Shown here: positions 1 through 13,146 of the stretch, one piece after another
Position numbering within the stretch: position 1 is the stretch's first letter
How the letters are laid out: each line of letters opens with the position of its first letter
From: Octopus vulgaris
Lineage: Eukaryota
Assembly: GCA_951406725.2 (NCBI GenBank)
Contig: OX597814.1
Location: forward strand, 171,368,001-171,432,000
Length of the DNA stretch: 64,000 nt
Reading direction: 5' to 3'
Program-made: the position numbers and the translations under genes
Notes under the pieces: model-generated
Databases searched by the model: none
What the model was told of the DNA's origin: nothing
What the model saw: only the letters and a program-made list of their open reading frames with translations

Positions 1-98
1 ATAGAAATAATGTACTCACATGCTTTTGTAATGTAATATACACACACACATTTTAATATATATTACATGTATTCTATATATATATATATGTATATATA

Positions 99-653
99 TT
101 GGGTTGTCCGGAAAGTTCATGCCGATTTTGAAAGGAAAGAAAAAGGTCAATAAATACTTGCCATTACATTTTTAATCAACCAAATATGAACCATTTTGTT
201 GCGCAATGCGTCTCCATCTTTCCTTTAACTTGAAAATAGCCTCTTTCCAGAATTGAGGTGGTTTCATGGCAAAGAATTCATCAAGGTATCTTTTTTCAAG
301 GAATTGAAATTTTTACCATTAAAACTATTCTGCAGAGACCTGAATATATGGAAATTCGAAGGTGCAACATCTGGGGAATATGGAGAGTAGGGTAACACAT
401 CCTAACCGAGCTGCAGTGATTTTTGTCTGGTTCCCAAAGCATCAAGTGCCGAAAATGAACTTTCTTATCTTCCATTTTAAAGGGTCACAGAATTAACACA
501 GTTTATAGGAACATAAACCTTCTTCCACGAAAAGATAGCTTAAACTGTGCTCTAAATGGAGGTGTAGTCAAATCCTATTTAATGAACTCAACCATATTCT
601 AAAATAAGTCGAAACATAAGCTACTGTAAATCGACACGAACTTTCCGGACAAC

Positions 654-657
<4 letters not shown>
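99..657 (-). mobile_element. Internally deleted mariner (Tc1/mariner) element
   Basis: About 30-bp TIRs TTGGGTTGTCCGGAAAGTTC(A/G)TG(C/T)CGATTT flanked by TA. Minus strand encodes a broken transposase C-terminus (PYSPDVAPSNFHIFRSLQNS...WRRIAQQNGSYLVD*). Confidence 0.92.
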
Positions 658-702
<45 letters not shown>

Positions 703-1207
703 TATGTTGGCATGTAGGCATGTGTGTGTACCTGTGTGTATGTGCACACACACATATACACACACACACGCAAACATACGGAAAGAGCGAGACAGAATGA
801 CATTAACAGGATGCGTTCTAATGCAATAAAATTCTGGGCATATTGTATTTGTTTTGGGAACATACTTGTTCTCTACATAAGCAACCTTTTTCGACAATTT
901 AAATAAAACAATGTTTTAAGCAAAACTTTTAAATTCTTATAAATGCATAACACTACATCTGCGTGCGCGCGTTTTCGCGTGCATATGTGCGTACGTGTAT
1001 GCGCGCGCAACCGTTGCGTGTTTATACATAGTGAGATGGAAACAGAAAGAAAGGTGGTTCATTCTTCCCATTTATTTTACATAAATATTGTAAAGTTTAA
1101 AATGAACAAAGAGTAATTTTTAATTTGTTTTTGCGCATTTTCGGTTAATAGATAACCACTTTAGACAAATACACACAATTAACCTACAAAGTTGCAGTCA
1201 GCATAAA

Positions 1208-1261
<54 letters not shown>

Positions 1262-1553
1262 TTGAATAATTCACCTCTGGAAACATGGGTGGTTCTTTCA
1301 ACATCCTTAAACAACCCTTATTCAGGGACCTTTTGAGCGGAATGGGCTACTCAACCTGAAGAAAATTCTAACTGGGCCCCACCTGCAAGGTCATGTGCTG
1401 TTTATCTTGATATGAGATCACCATGTCGCGCACATATGGTTGTGATGCATGTGTCTGGTGTACCCTTATCAGACGGGTAGTCATGATGGGTATACTGGGC
1501 TTCGTATATTTTACCCCAGTGTCACTTTGATGGCATGCACTGCTCTCTCACTC

Positions 1554-1556
<3 letters not shown>
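1262..1556 (+). mobile_element. Dispersed repeat ending in (AAT)n, probable 3' UTR of an R4/Dong-like LINE
   Basis: Near-identical to 35735-36010 and 37535-37595. All copies end ...GC/ACTCTCTCACTCAATAAT. The family assignment is inference from context. Confidence 0.6.
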
Positions 1557-1615
<59 letters not shown>

Positions 1616-1616
<1 letters not shown>

Positions 1617-1826
1617 CCTTTCTAGCGAAGGCATAAGTCCTGAAATTTGCGGGGAGGCGACTAATCGATTACATTGACGCCAGTGAAACACTGGTACTTT
1701 ATTTATCGACCCCGAAATGATGAAAGGCAAAGTCGATCTCGGCGGAATTTGAATTTAGAACATAAGGGCGGACGAAATGCCGCTAAGTATTTTGCCCGGC
1801 ATGCTAACGATTCTGCCAGCTTGTCG
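1616..1826 (-). mobile_element. tRNA-derived SINE, family M (tail type 2, ATT-repeat end)
   Basis: Matches the other copies: CTGGCAGAATCGTTAGCA head, B-box-like TTCAAATTCC, core GACTTTGCCTTTCATC..TCGGGGTCGAT. Confidence 0.85.
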
Positions 1827-1863
<37 letters not shown>

Positions 1864-1947
1864 TAATAATAATGATGATGATGATGATGATGATGACGAC
1901 GACGACGACAACAACAACAACAACAACAACAACAATAATAATAATAA

Positions 1948-2157
1948 TCCTTTCTCCTGAAGGCACAAGGCCTGGCATTTTGGGAGAGGAGACCAGTCGA
2001 TTACATAGACCCCAGTGCATGACTGGTACTTATTTCATCGACCCGAAAGGATTAAAGGCAAAGTCGACCTCGGCGGAATTTGAACTCAGAACGTAGCGGC
2101 AGACGAAATACCGCTAAGCATGTCGTCCGACGTGCTAACGATTCTGCCGGCTCGTCA
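1948..2157 (-). mobile_element. SINE family M (tail type 2)
   Basis: Same head and core; ends in an (ATT)n tract. Confidence 0.85.
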
Positions 2158-2261
2158 TCGGGAAATAATAGCCTATCAACCATTGCTGTTTGTGATTTGT
2201 ATGATAACCTCACACAGATTCTGTAGACAGTGACATCAGAGTACACCTTGAAAAGTGTAAG

Positions 2262-2545
2262 AAGTAACACCATCTAATGGTGTAGAACTACCTAACGGTG
2301 AGAAAATCAAGGATGTTGAAACTGATGGATATAAGTATCTGGGTATCTTGGAGTATGACATAATCTAGAAGGAGGCGAAGAGAACCTTTAGAAGAGAATA
2401 TCTCGGAAGACCCAAATTAATTATGGGGAGTAGACTCAATGGAAAGGACAAGATCAGGGCAATGGACACAGGGGTTGTTTCCTTAATGGGATACGGTGCA
2501 GGTGTCATTAGATGGACAAAGAAAGAGGTTGAGGAAATGAGGATG
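2262..2545 (+). pseudogene. Decayed R4/Dong-clade LINE reverse transcriptase fragment
   Basis: Translates ...DGYKYLGILEYDII*...RREYLGR...RLNGKDKIRAMDT...YGAGVIRWTKKEV, with an in-frame stop. Confidence 0.75.
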
Positions 2546-2619
2546 CAAGATCCGTGTGGCCAATGAGAAGAACATATATAAAGCACAAAGTACGCATATA
2601 TACGAACACGCACACACAC

Positions 2620-2666
<47 letters not shown>

Positions 2667-3027
2667 CACACACACCAACGCACGCGCACGCACAAACACA
2701 CAGGTTCACGATCCGATGCGTGTTATAGATCCAACATAGAGATAGATGGTTGCAGGTATGGCGTTTGTATAAAATAAGAAAGTAAATGTGTTTCAAAGAT
2801 TTCCAACAGCTGTTCCAAGTCGCTCAGAATCTTCTGCTACCTAAATTTAATCTCACCTGATGAAAACGGATATTCTACATGATGTAATCGACATAATGAT
2901 TCTGAAATAGCTGTTGTGATTCTTTAAAACCTATTTGTGAGCCTATTTCGACTCAATATAGTGTGATATAATATTAATATAGTGTATATACCTAAATATA
3001 TATATATAAATATGTATGTTTATATAC

Positions 3028-3098
<71 letters not shown>

Positions 3099-3559
3099 CG
3101 TGCGAATGCATTTTATGTGTGTCTGATGATGGAACGTCAATTACATAACTAATATGGATTATGAAACTGCAATCAACTAATGTATTAATCATCTATTCTC
3201 AACTAACAACCCTTAATTGATCAATTAATATATATATTTATATTATTTCATATTTGTTCTTATAATATAAATGAGTACATAATATGTTAATTTGCATGCA
3301 CACACACACACACACACACACACCTTTGTATATATAAGTGTATATATAGTGTATCTAACCTGATAAATATATACTTTCCTCTATTCACAAATAAATTCTT
3401 CATGCGTAAATTTTAAGATGTACTTGTATGTATGTCACTACATATGTACGTTTAAAAAAGGTGTGTGTCTGTGCTTGCCTGAATCTGTGTGTATATACAT
3501 ACCCACATATGTGTGTGTGTATAAATACATATATATATATATGAATATATAAATACGTG

Positions 3560-3661
<102 letters not shown>

Positions 3662-3722
3662 CTTTGATACTTTGATAGGTTTCGGCCATTATTGGCCCAG
3701 GCCATGTCTAACTTAATATACA

Positions 3723-3807
<85 letters not shown>

Positions 3808-3848
3808 ATACATACATACATACATACATACATACATACATACATACA

Positions 3849-3884
<36 letters not shown>

Positions 3885-4768
3885 CATACCCATATATGTG
3901 TGTTTGTATATGAGCATATTCGTGTGTGTGTGTTTTTGCATGTCTGTATACCGTATCTTTCTTATATCTATTTAAAGCAGAAAGATTTTTTTCGGAGTAT
4001 TTTGCAGCTATTTCTAACTAGTCGATCTGCCGTATAAGAGACTCATTGGATAATATTGGGAGACTCTATATATCCCGATTGATCTGCTAAAAATAGCAGC
4101 CAAAACTCCTTTAAATCATACCCTTTCACGTCTTAAAATTCTGAAGATATTAGATATTTTTCCCTATATATTTAAGCAACGTCGGATTAAATAAATGCGA
4201 TAATCACAAACGGAACTGCTTTGATTAAAAAGGTTTACTCAATTAAGTATATAATTATAAAAACTATAGCAAAACAGGAACGATATCCCATGCGGTCGTT
4301 TGACCTGCTAGAAAATAAAAAAACTATTAACCCTCAGACCATACTCGTCTTAATAAAAAAGGAAGGACACATTGATTAATGTCATCCTAGGTACACATAT
4401 TGTTTGATAAAAAGACGATGATCACGGCTGGAAAGCCTTTTATCATAGTTCTACTCTATCAGAGCTGTGCTGGAGCAAAACAATAACAGTCCAGACGGTT
4501 TATATAGCATTCAGGCAGCGGCCATTACTGCTTAACAGTCTTACGTTTATAATTTTCTTTTATTTTTTTTCTTTCTTGCTTCATTTTTTTGTTTTTTATT
4601 TTGGTATTTTAACTTTCTTTCTTTCATTTTTGTTTCTTTTCTTCTATCTTTCTTTTCCCCTTCTAAAAGCATATCCGTTTCCGGTCGTTGCGTGTTTGTT
4701 TATTTATTATATGACTTGTGTTATGACACTGTCTTCCGTAGTGTCAAAGGAAGCGTTTTCTACTGGTG

Positions 4769-4821
<53 letters not shown>

Positions 4822-5034
4822 CATTTAGACGCACACATTTTGTTTTATATTGCCTCATTGTTATGTGAAAGCAAAATCTAGAAACTAATCGATCTAAATC
4901 ACATTAACTTGTTGAAGGATGGTGAGCAGAAACACAGTAGTAGTAGCTGAAGCTGTTGGAAATAGAAACTATATGTCCCTCAAATTTGAAAATTTAGCAT
5001 CTTAAAAAAAACGAAAGACGCTTTCGACTATAAA

Positions 5035-5069
<35 letters not shown>

Positions 5070-5120
5070 TGTATGTATGTATGTATGTATGTATGTATGT
5101 ATGTATATATACATATATAT

Positions 5121-5364
5121 CACCGTGATCACCGTGACCGACCAGGCTATCAGATTTTGCTACACATCGCTGGTCACCATGCGCTTCGCATTGTTTTAGC
5201 TTTCAAATGACGCCACCCCTCTGGCTAAGCGAGCAGGCCAACAGAAGAAAGTGTGAGAGAAATTTGTGGCAAAAGAGTACGGCAGGGATCGCCCCCCACC
5301 CCTGCCGAAGCCTCGTGGAACTTTTTTCGCTCAATAAACACTCACAACGCCCGGTCTGGGAATC
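5121..5364 (-). mobile_element. SINE: head A (5' part missing) joined to tail W
   Basis: Head-A segment GATTCCCAGACCGGGCGTTGTGAGTGTTTATTGAGCG as in 34031 and 12039, followed by a 3' module not seen in those copies. Confidence 0.75.
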
Positions 5365-5518
5365 ATTTCTAAATGCTGTATTTGTTTTCCGTGAAAGTTT
5401 GGCGCGCTGTTGGTTGGGGCATTTGAATTATAACGTCGGATGTAATCAATTGAACCACACGAGTATTTATCGTTATGGTAAAATCTGGCGTGTGATTGAG
5501 TGGATTTCATCCAGATAG

Positions 5519-5601
5519 TTTTGGCTGACGAGCTACAAGTGGATTTTTTTTGTAAGTAAAATTACATTTAATTCATTAATAGCGAAACAATTGTCCCAAA
5601 A
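5519..5601 (+). ncRNA. Minimal type I hammerhead ribozyme
   Basis: TTTTGG CTGACGA GCTA...TAGC GAAA CAATTG TC CCAAAA: 6-bp stem I, canonical core, palindromic stem III, GUC site (cleavage after 5595). Confidence 0.85.
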
Positions 5602-6054
5602 TAATCTGTATTTTTGTTATTTTTTATTTGCCCTGTCCGTGTGAGCTAACAATCGTACTGGCTTTCATGGGAAACATGTATTTTCGTGGTTGAAACCTTT
5701 TGGATTAACTGGTGCTAGAGTGAGCAATATAGTGACCACTCTCTTATATTTATTTTGTAAAAATATTATAATATGTTATAAAATATTATAATAATCCAGG
5801 TTTCTCGGAGCACTAGGCCACTTGGTGTTGAATAAATATACTATTAAATTAGTATCTAATTCTCTCACCCTTATTAGTTAATTATAATTATGCTGCATTT
5901 ATTTCTAAATGCTGTATTTGTTTTCCGTGAAAGTTTGGCGCGCTGTTGGTTGGGGCATTTGAATTATAACGTCGGATGTAATCAATTGAACCACACGCGT
6001 ATTTATCGTTATGGTAAAATCTGGCGTGTGATTGAGTGGATTTCATCCAGATAG

Positions 6055-6135
6055 TTTTGGCTGACGAGCTACAAGTGGATTTTTTGTAAGTAAAATTACA
6101 TTTAATTCATTAATAGCGAAACAATTGTCCCAAAA
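6055..6135 (+). ncRNA. Minimal type I hammerhead ribozyme (second copy)
   Basis: Same core and stems; cleavage after 6129. Confidence 0.85.
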
Positions 6136-6411
6136 TAATCTGTATTTTTGTTATTTTTTATTTGCCCTGTCCGTGTGAGCTAACAATCGTACTGGCTTTC
6201 ATGGGAAACATGTATTTTCGTGGTTGAAACCTTTTGGATTAACTGGTGCTAGAGTGAGCAATATAGTGACCACTCTCTTATATTTATTTTGTAAAAATAT
6301 TATAATATGTTATAAAATATTATAATAATCCAGGTTTCTCGGAGCACTAGGCCACTTGGTGTTGAATAAATATACTATTAAATTAGTATCTAATTCTCTC
6401 ACCCTTATTAA

Positions 6412-6462
<51 letters not shown>

Positions 6463-6554
6463 CATGCATGCATATAAAGATGAAATGGTTGTGACTGGAA
6501 TGCCTTAATCACAAGTCCGTTCAATTATGGCTAACTCAGAGCTAGGGTAATGAC

Positions 6555-6866
6555 AATGGAGTTGCACCTAGAAAGTTACCATCCGTGACACAAGTCCGGG
6601 CAAGGTTGTTTTTTTTGGAAGACCAGCAGTCGGCCATACATACCAGCTTCTCCTCTCCACACCAATGATGTTACTATCCAAAGGAAAGGCAAAGGCCAAT
6701 ACAGCCTGGCACCAGTGACGTCGCAACTCATTTCTACAGTTGAGTGAACTGGAGCAACGTAAAATAAGGTGTCTTGCTCAAGAGCATAACACACAGCCCA
6801 GTCCGGGAATCGAACTCACTACCACATGATTGTGAGCCCGACGTTCTAACCACTACGCCACGTGCT
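6555..6866 (-). mobile_element. SINE: head B-like joined to tail Z
   Basis: tRNA-like head (GTGGTTAG...GAGTTCGATTCCC); same family as 60495-60822. Confidence 0.75.
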
Positions 6867-7197
6867 TTTCTAGCTTGGAGCTACACAACAATTATATAAC
6901 AACAACAACAACAACAACAATGTGCAATGGTGACTTAATGGTTGGTACTGTGGAGTAGGTTAGACCAAGGTAGAATTTGGTACAGTGTATGTTAGCAATG
7001 ACACCGTGGTACCCAATCTCTGCTGAAATCGGTGGTACGTGGTATTTATATCATTAGTATTAATAGTGAGCACATTTTTACCCGCCCTCCTCTACCTTTT
7101 AGCATTGCATCGGCATCAATGCATCTTAACATGTGAAGGTCATATAACCTAGAGTGCTTTTTATCAGTTTTATGCAATCAAGGTTAACTAGTGTTTG

Positions 7198-7317
<120 letters not shown>

Positions 7318-7833
7318 AACAACAACAACAAGGGTATGAGCGTATTGTTCTTTAATATTATCCTATCTTCAAAATCCTTGCCTTGAGGGAATCTGAACGT
7401 AGTCGTGCGACTTGCTAAAAATCTTTCTCGTATCACTCCGCCACAGTTTTTAACAAAGGACTCACTAGCTAATGTGTTCTTCGGTTCTCTCTACATGGGA
7501 AAGCCGAGATAGTCACGGCTTGAGTATTTCTTTTGGATCCCCTTGGTTGATCAGGTCAAACGATCAACGGCATCCTGTCCTTTGAGGCTTTTTTTTTTTT
7601 TTAAGAAAGTTACTCTCGAAACTCTCATTTCTCGTTTATCCCTCCAAGATCAGCCTCTGATCCAGCAAACCAATAATCAAGGACATTCAATCCGTGGCCA
7701 ACCCGTCTTTTTTCTCTTCAGACAAAAGTTTATCTAATATTACATATCAAATATGCTTTTCCTTTTTTTTTTTACCGTGTGATATGAAGAGGATATGGCT
7801 GATATTTCTAGTAGGCCGTTCAATCATGTACAG

Positions 7834-8377
7834 CAGGGTTTCTTAACCATTTTTTTAACTGTAGACCCTTTGATTAGTATTTTATTCTGATGGACCTCCT
7901 CCCACCCTAGTCATTCAATGCTTAAAAACTAATTTTATAGAAACTTCTTTCAAAATTCCTATTTTGCTTTTCACACATTAACTTGTGTAGGTTGAACTAC
8001 GTAAAATGCTAGAGAAAGAAATCTAGTTTTTGTGATGCAGTTTTAAACATTGTTGTATGTGAGAGCACCTATGAACCCCTTTGATTACTATTTTATTCTG
8101 GTGGACGGACCCCCCTAGTCAATCGATGTTCAAAAACTAGTTTTATAGAAACTTCTTTCAAAATTCCTATTTTGCTTTTCACACATTAACTTGTGTAGGT
8201 TGAACTATGTATAATATTATAGAAAGAAGCTTAACTGTTTCTTGCAATACATACCAATATATACATCTGAAGCAAAATTTTTTCAGGAGCCCTTGAAATA
8301 CTATTGTGGATCCCCAATTTTCTCTAAATCTTATATGGACCCTCAGATGCCATATGGACCCTGGTTGAGAACCACTG
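7834..8377. mobile_element. hAT (Charlie-type) MITE with internal duplication
   Basis: TIRs CAGGGTTTCTTAACC / GGTTGAGAACCACTG; 8-bp TSD ATGTACAG / ATGTAGAG; an internal ~170-bp segment is duplicated. Confidence 0.85.
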
Positions 8378-8861
8378 ATGTAGAGCAATGCTGGTGTGGG
8401 TGGTGGGCACTCAAATTTCAAACTGCTCACTGACGAAGTCTAAAAGACTACGCATAACTCCCTCCTCCCACGAAAAGAATGAAAAATGCCGTTTAACACA
8501 ATAAGACCAAAACATTAATTTAATATAAATTGTATACTTACGAATTTGTAAACTTACTCTTCGTTATATTTCATGCTTGGAATGCATACCCCCACAGACT
8601 GACTTACAATTTTAGCATTACACCAATGCTGAAATGATTCTCCGCTCCTGATGTAAATTTCTCTTGGTAAAATCGTAAGACTCCGTTATCGTCTTGCATG
8701 TTCTCTCTCCATGTTTGTCAAGATAATAGTATGTTATTTGTGGACAATTTTGTCACTATTTTGTGCAAATCAAACAGCTGAGGAGAGAATCCAACGTTAA
8801 TAAATTACATAAATGAGAACTCTTAATATAGAATTGTTAATATAGCATTATAACGTAAATT

Positions 8862-9081
8862 AAGGCGGTGAAGTGGCAGAATCGTTAACACATTGGGCAA
8901 AACAATGCTTAGCAGTGTTTCGTCGGTCTTTACGTTCTGCGTTCAAATTCCGCTGAGCTTGTCTTTGCTTTTCATCCTTTCGGGGTCGAATAAATGAGTA
9001 CCAGTTGACCAGTAAGGTCGATGTAATCGACTTAACCAACTACCCCGAATTTGTTGGCCTTGTGGCAAAATTCGAAACCAT
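8862..9081 (+). mobile_element. SINE family M (older, tail type 2)
   Basis: Head AAGGCGGTGAAGTGGCAGAATCG and core TTTCATCCTTTCGGGGTCGA. Confidence 0.8.
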
Positions 9082-10020
9082 TACAATATAAATTAGAATT
9101 TGTTTTAGTAGCAGCTGTGAATTTTGTGATGATAGTAGCTGGGAAGTTATTATTTTTTTTTTGTAGTGGGTTATTTGGATGGTGCTGTTGATAACTCCCT
9201 CTATGTCAATGTTGAATAAGCTGAGTTCTAAATAAAGCATTCCAACCATTACCGATTCATCATTTTTGGTGAGTGTGGGGTGGGGTGAGGGTGCATAGGA
9301 CTGACTGTATCACAAAATATGTAGCGGGGTTGATTTGCAGTAGATATTCGTCTGCTGTTATTTCTAGGAGGTCCAACACCGCCGGAGAGATTCCTTTGCT
9401 GTTTAGAGGTTTATTAGCATTTACTATCAAATATCTCAAAGTCTCCAACGAGTGTTTACCTACTGACAAGAAAAAATGGAAATGAAAAGAAAATACAGAA
9501 ACCATATGAATTAAGGAATGAAAGGAGATAATGCAGAAATGTAAAAAACAATAAGTAAAATTAAATATATGTTTATGTATGAACATTATGAATGCGCAGA
9601 CACACGCACACATGTGCATACACACGTACATACACACGTTCATCCATGCATACATACATACATACATACATACATACATACATACATACATACATACATA
9701 CATACATACATGCATGAAAATTCACACGGACAGTTGGGTGGATACTACTCATACAGCGATGGAACAAGAAGGTACAAATTATGTTTACCTGTACTTATAA
9801 TGAACTGGAAGACAGAGCTAATGTCGGTTTGCCGGCACAGTATGAAAATTTTGCTTTCTCTGAGTCCGTTGAACATCGTTATGACCAAATTTTTGAGTAC
9901 TTGTTTGAAACCAAGGTATGGACATACATACCTACATACCTACATGCATTAGTACGTACATACAAGCCGTGATGATTGGATACACATGCGTTTCTGTTTC
10001 CCCAATGTTCCTTCATTCTT

Positions 10021-10267
10021 TTCTCGCCGTCTCTATATTCTGTGTTTTTTAGAAGAAAAATGAATTCACGAAACGTTAAAGACATTGCCATCTTTTTTCT
10101 CCATTTCCTCATAATATTTATTAGCTAGTTTTTGTTTTGTGTTTTCCGTCATTTTTGTACTACAGACACACACATATATACCTATATGTATTACACACAA
10201 ACACATATATGCATATGTATATAGTTACACGTATACACATATATATGCTGATGTATATACATATATC

Positions 10268-10314
<47 letters not shown>

Positions 10315-10590
10315 AATTTCTCTCCGTCTCTATATTCTGTTTTTTTAGAAGAAAAGTGAATACATGAAACGTTAAAGACATTGCCATCTTTTTTCTCTAT
10401 TACCTGATATTTATTGTTTTTTTGTTTTTGTTTTGTATTTTCCGTCACTTTTGTACTACACACACACACACATATACCTATATATATTACACACAAACAA
10501 ATTTATACATATGTATATAGCTATACGTACACACACATATATGCTGATGTATATACATATATCTATACGTATATATACACGTATATAATA
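10021..10590 (+). repeat. Diverged ~297-bp tandem duplication
   Basis: Units starting at 10021 and 10318 share CCGTCTCTATATTCTG...GAAACGTTAAAGACATTGCCATC and downstream sequence. Confidence 0.8.
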
Positions 10591-11989
10591 AATTTAATAA
10601 AATACAGCATGAATATATGCACACACATACGTTTGGGGCAATATATTGTGTGATTTAATTAACTATACATGCTTACATTATTAGCTGACTACTAAGCGAC
10701 TATATTTCGTCTTACAGATCAGACAAGACGACAACACTATTACAGAACAGCTAAAGAAAGGAAAATCTGTTAAAACAGCCTTGATCGATTACCAGGAAAT
10801 TGCTTGTGGAAATCGAAGTTGAATGCCGATAGACATTCCGAAGTCTGCATTAGAAATCTTATCAAAAGATCGATATCTGTGTTTTATTGATATGTACAGG
10901 TTTGTATGAACAAGTGTGTGTATGTGTTTGTGTGTGTGTATGTTTGTGCATGTGTACATACATATATGCACGTGTGCATCCACACACACACACATCACAC
11001 ATACACACACCACACACACAAACATACATACACACACATACACTATTACACGTGCCTGAATTTAAAACTAGAGAATAAATACTCAAAAGATTTAGCCGTG
11101 TTATATATATTGCAGGTAAGTAATATGTAGCTGACCCTGGGATGATAAAACGCTTAGTGAGCCCTAAGGAAAGTTTGAACACAGCCTATCACCTTGCTTT
11201 GCTGTAGCACACATACAAACACACACATACACGCACACACGCATGCACACACACATACACATACGCACACACCCACAATAGTTATAATTTCATAAGTTCT
11301 CCATAATCATTTTCCGTCCAGTAGATTGACTTCATTGGCATAAGATGTGGATTCTCACCATTATTATAGATCACTGCCCAAATATGTGGATGCTTCTGAT
11401 TAGCTAAAGTTTTAATCATGAAAGTAAAGGTCTGGCAACATTTCTTTATTAATACTCTTTTCTACTCTAGGCACAAGGCCCGAAATTTTGGATGAGAGAG
11501 GTGGGGGGTGGGGGTCAGTGGATTAGATCGATCCCAGCACGCAACTGGTACTTAATTTATCGTCCCCGAAAGGATGAAAGGTAAAGTCAATCTCGGCGGG
11601 AATTTGAACTCAGAAAGTAAAGACAAAATTTTTCTTTATTAATATTAAAAAAGAAAATTGATTTCCCTGTGTGTGTGTATGTGTCTGTGTTTGCCCCAAA
11701 CTCCACAATCGTACTGCTTGACAACCGGAGTTGATGTGTTTGCATTCCTGTAACTTAACGGTTCGGCAAAAGAAAGGGATACAATTAGTACCAGAATTAA
11801 AAAAAAAAAAAAAGAGTACTGGGGGTTGATTCATTCGAATGAAATATTTCAAGGTGATGGCTGCAGTATAAGGACTGAAGTAAAATATGAAAGATGAAAG
11901 ACAGAGGGAAATGAAGAAAATAATTTTTTTTAAGTATTCACTCGTTACAAGGTCCTTAGACCACTGAAAACATAAGAGCTACTAAAATA

Positions 11990-12700
11990 AAATGGATGCC
12001 TGATAGAAGTCAACAGGTGACGATATACATTAGACTTAGTGTGAGTGTTTATTGAGCGAAAACACCTAAAGCTCCACGAGGCTCCGGCAGGGGATGGTGG
12101 TGATCCCTGCTGTACTCTTTCACCACAACTTACTCTCACTCTTACTTCCTGTTTCTGTTGTACCTGTATTTCAAAGGGCCGGTCTTGTCACTCTCTGTAT
12201 CACGCTGAATATCCCCGAGAACTATGTTAAGGGTACACGTGTCTGTGGAGTGCTCAGCCACTTACACGTTAATTTCACGAGCAGGCTGTTCCGTTGATTC
12301 GGATCAACCGGAACCCTCATCGTCGTAACCGACGGAGTGCTTCCATCCACATTAGACTTAAAAGACTGGGGGTCATATTGAAGAAGTAAACAAGACTGTG
12401 GGAGGGAATTCCAAAGTTCAGAGGTGCGAGGGAAGAAACTAGTACTGTAAATTGCTTTACAACACTTAGGAGGTTGCGCAGTATATTGATGAGAACTGGA
12501 TGCAATTGTAGTTGATCGCTGATAAGTTCTTTAAGGAGGAACCAGAGAAGGGAGTTCAGCTAAACAATGTCCATGAAAATACTTATAGAAAAGAGACAAG
12601 GAAGCCACATGATGATGATAAATAGAAGATAAATCGGGACCAACAGCATTACAAATACGGCGTTGAATTGGGTCCAGCAGAGTTAAACAATCCACAGGAT
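11990..12700 (-). pseudogene. Decayed CR1-Zenon-like LINE 3' end, split by a SINE
   Basis: LLDPIQRRICNAVG...VASLSLFYKYFHGHC.AEL, then FPRTSELWNSLP...SFKSNV; continues on the other side of the SINE insertion. Confidence 0.75.
12039..12348 (+). mobile_element. 5'-truncated SINE, head A + tail Y, with 12-bp TSD
   Basis: TSD ACATTAGACTTA at 12027-12038 and 12349-12360; near-identical to 34031-34403. Confidence 0.9.
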
Positions 12701-12711
12701 GAGAAGTGAAC

Positions 12712-12949
12712 TCTTTTACTCTTTTACTCATTTACTTGTTTCAGTCATGTGACTGTGGCCATGCTGGAGCACCACCTTTAGTCGAGCAAATCGACCTCAG
12801 GACTTATTCTTTGTAAACCTAGTACTTATTTTATCGATCTATTTTGCAGAACCGCTAAGTTACGGGGACGTAAACACACAACCATCGGTTGTCAAGCGAT
12901 GGTGGGTGACAAACACAGACACACAAACATATACACACATACGTACACA

Positions 12950-12991
<42 letters not shown>

Positions 12992-13122
12992 AAATCGACT
13001 CACAAGGCTTTGCACGGCCCAAGGCTATAGTAGAAGACACACACGATGTTACGCAGTGGGACCGAACTCGGAACCCTGTGGTTGGTAAGCAAGCTCCTTA
13101 CCACACAGCCACTTCTGCACCT
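12712..13122 (-). mobile_element. SINE family C (internal TG/TA microsatellite, TAAAAGAG tail)
   Basis: Colinear with the full copy at 50946-51361. Confidence 0.85.
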
Positions 13123-13146
13123 ATGTGTATATATATACATATAGAT

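Larger units (their letters stand above)
5365..6419 (+). repeat. Head-to-tail tandem duplication of a ~535-bp hammerhead-containing unit (Penelope-like/retrozyme-like)
   Basis: Unit 1 is 5365-5900 and unit 2 is 5901-~6419, nearly identical; ends in (TA)n; no ORF. Confidence 0.9.
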
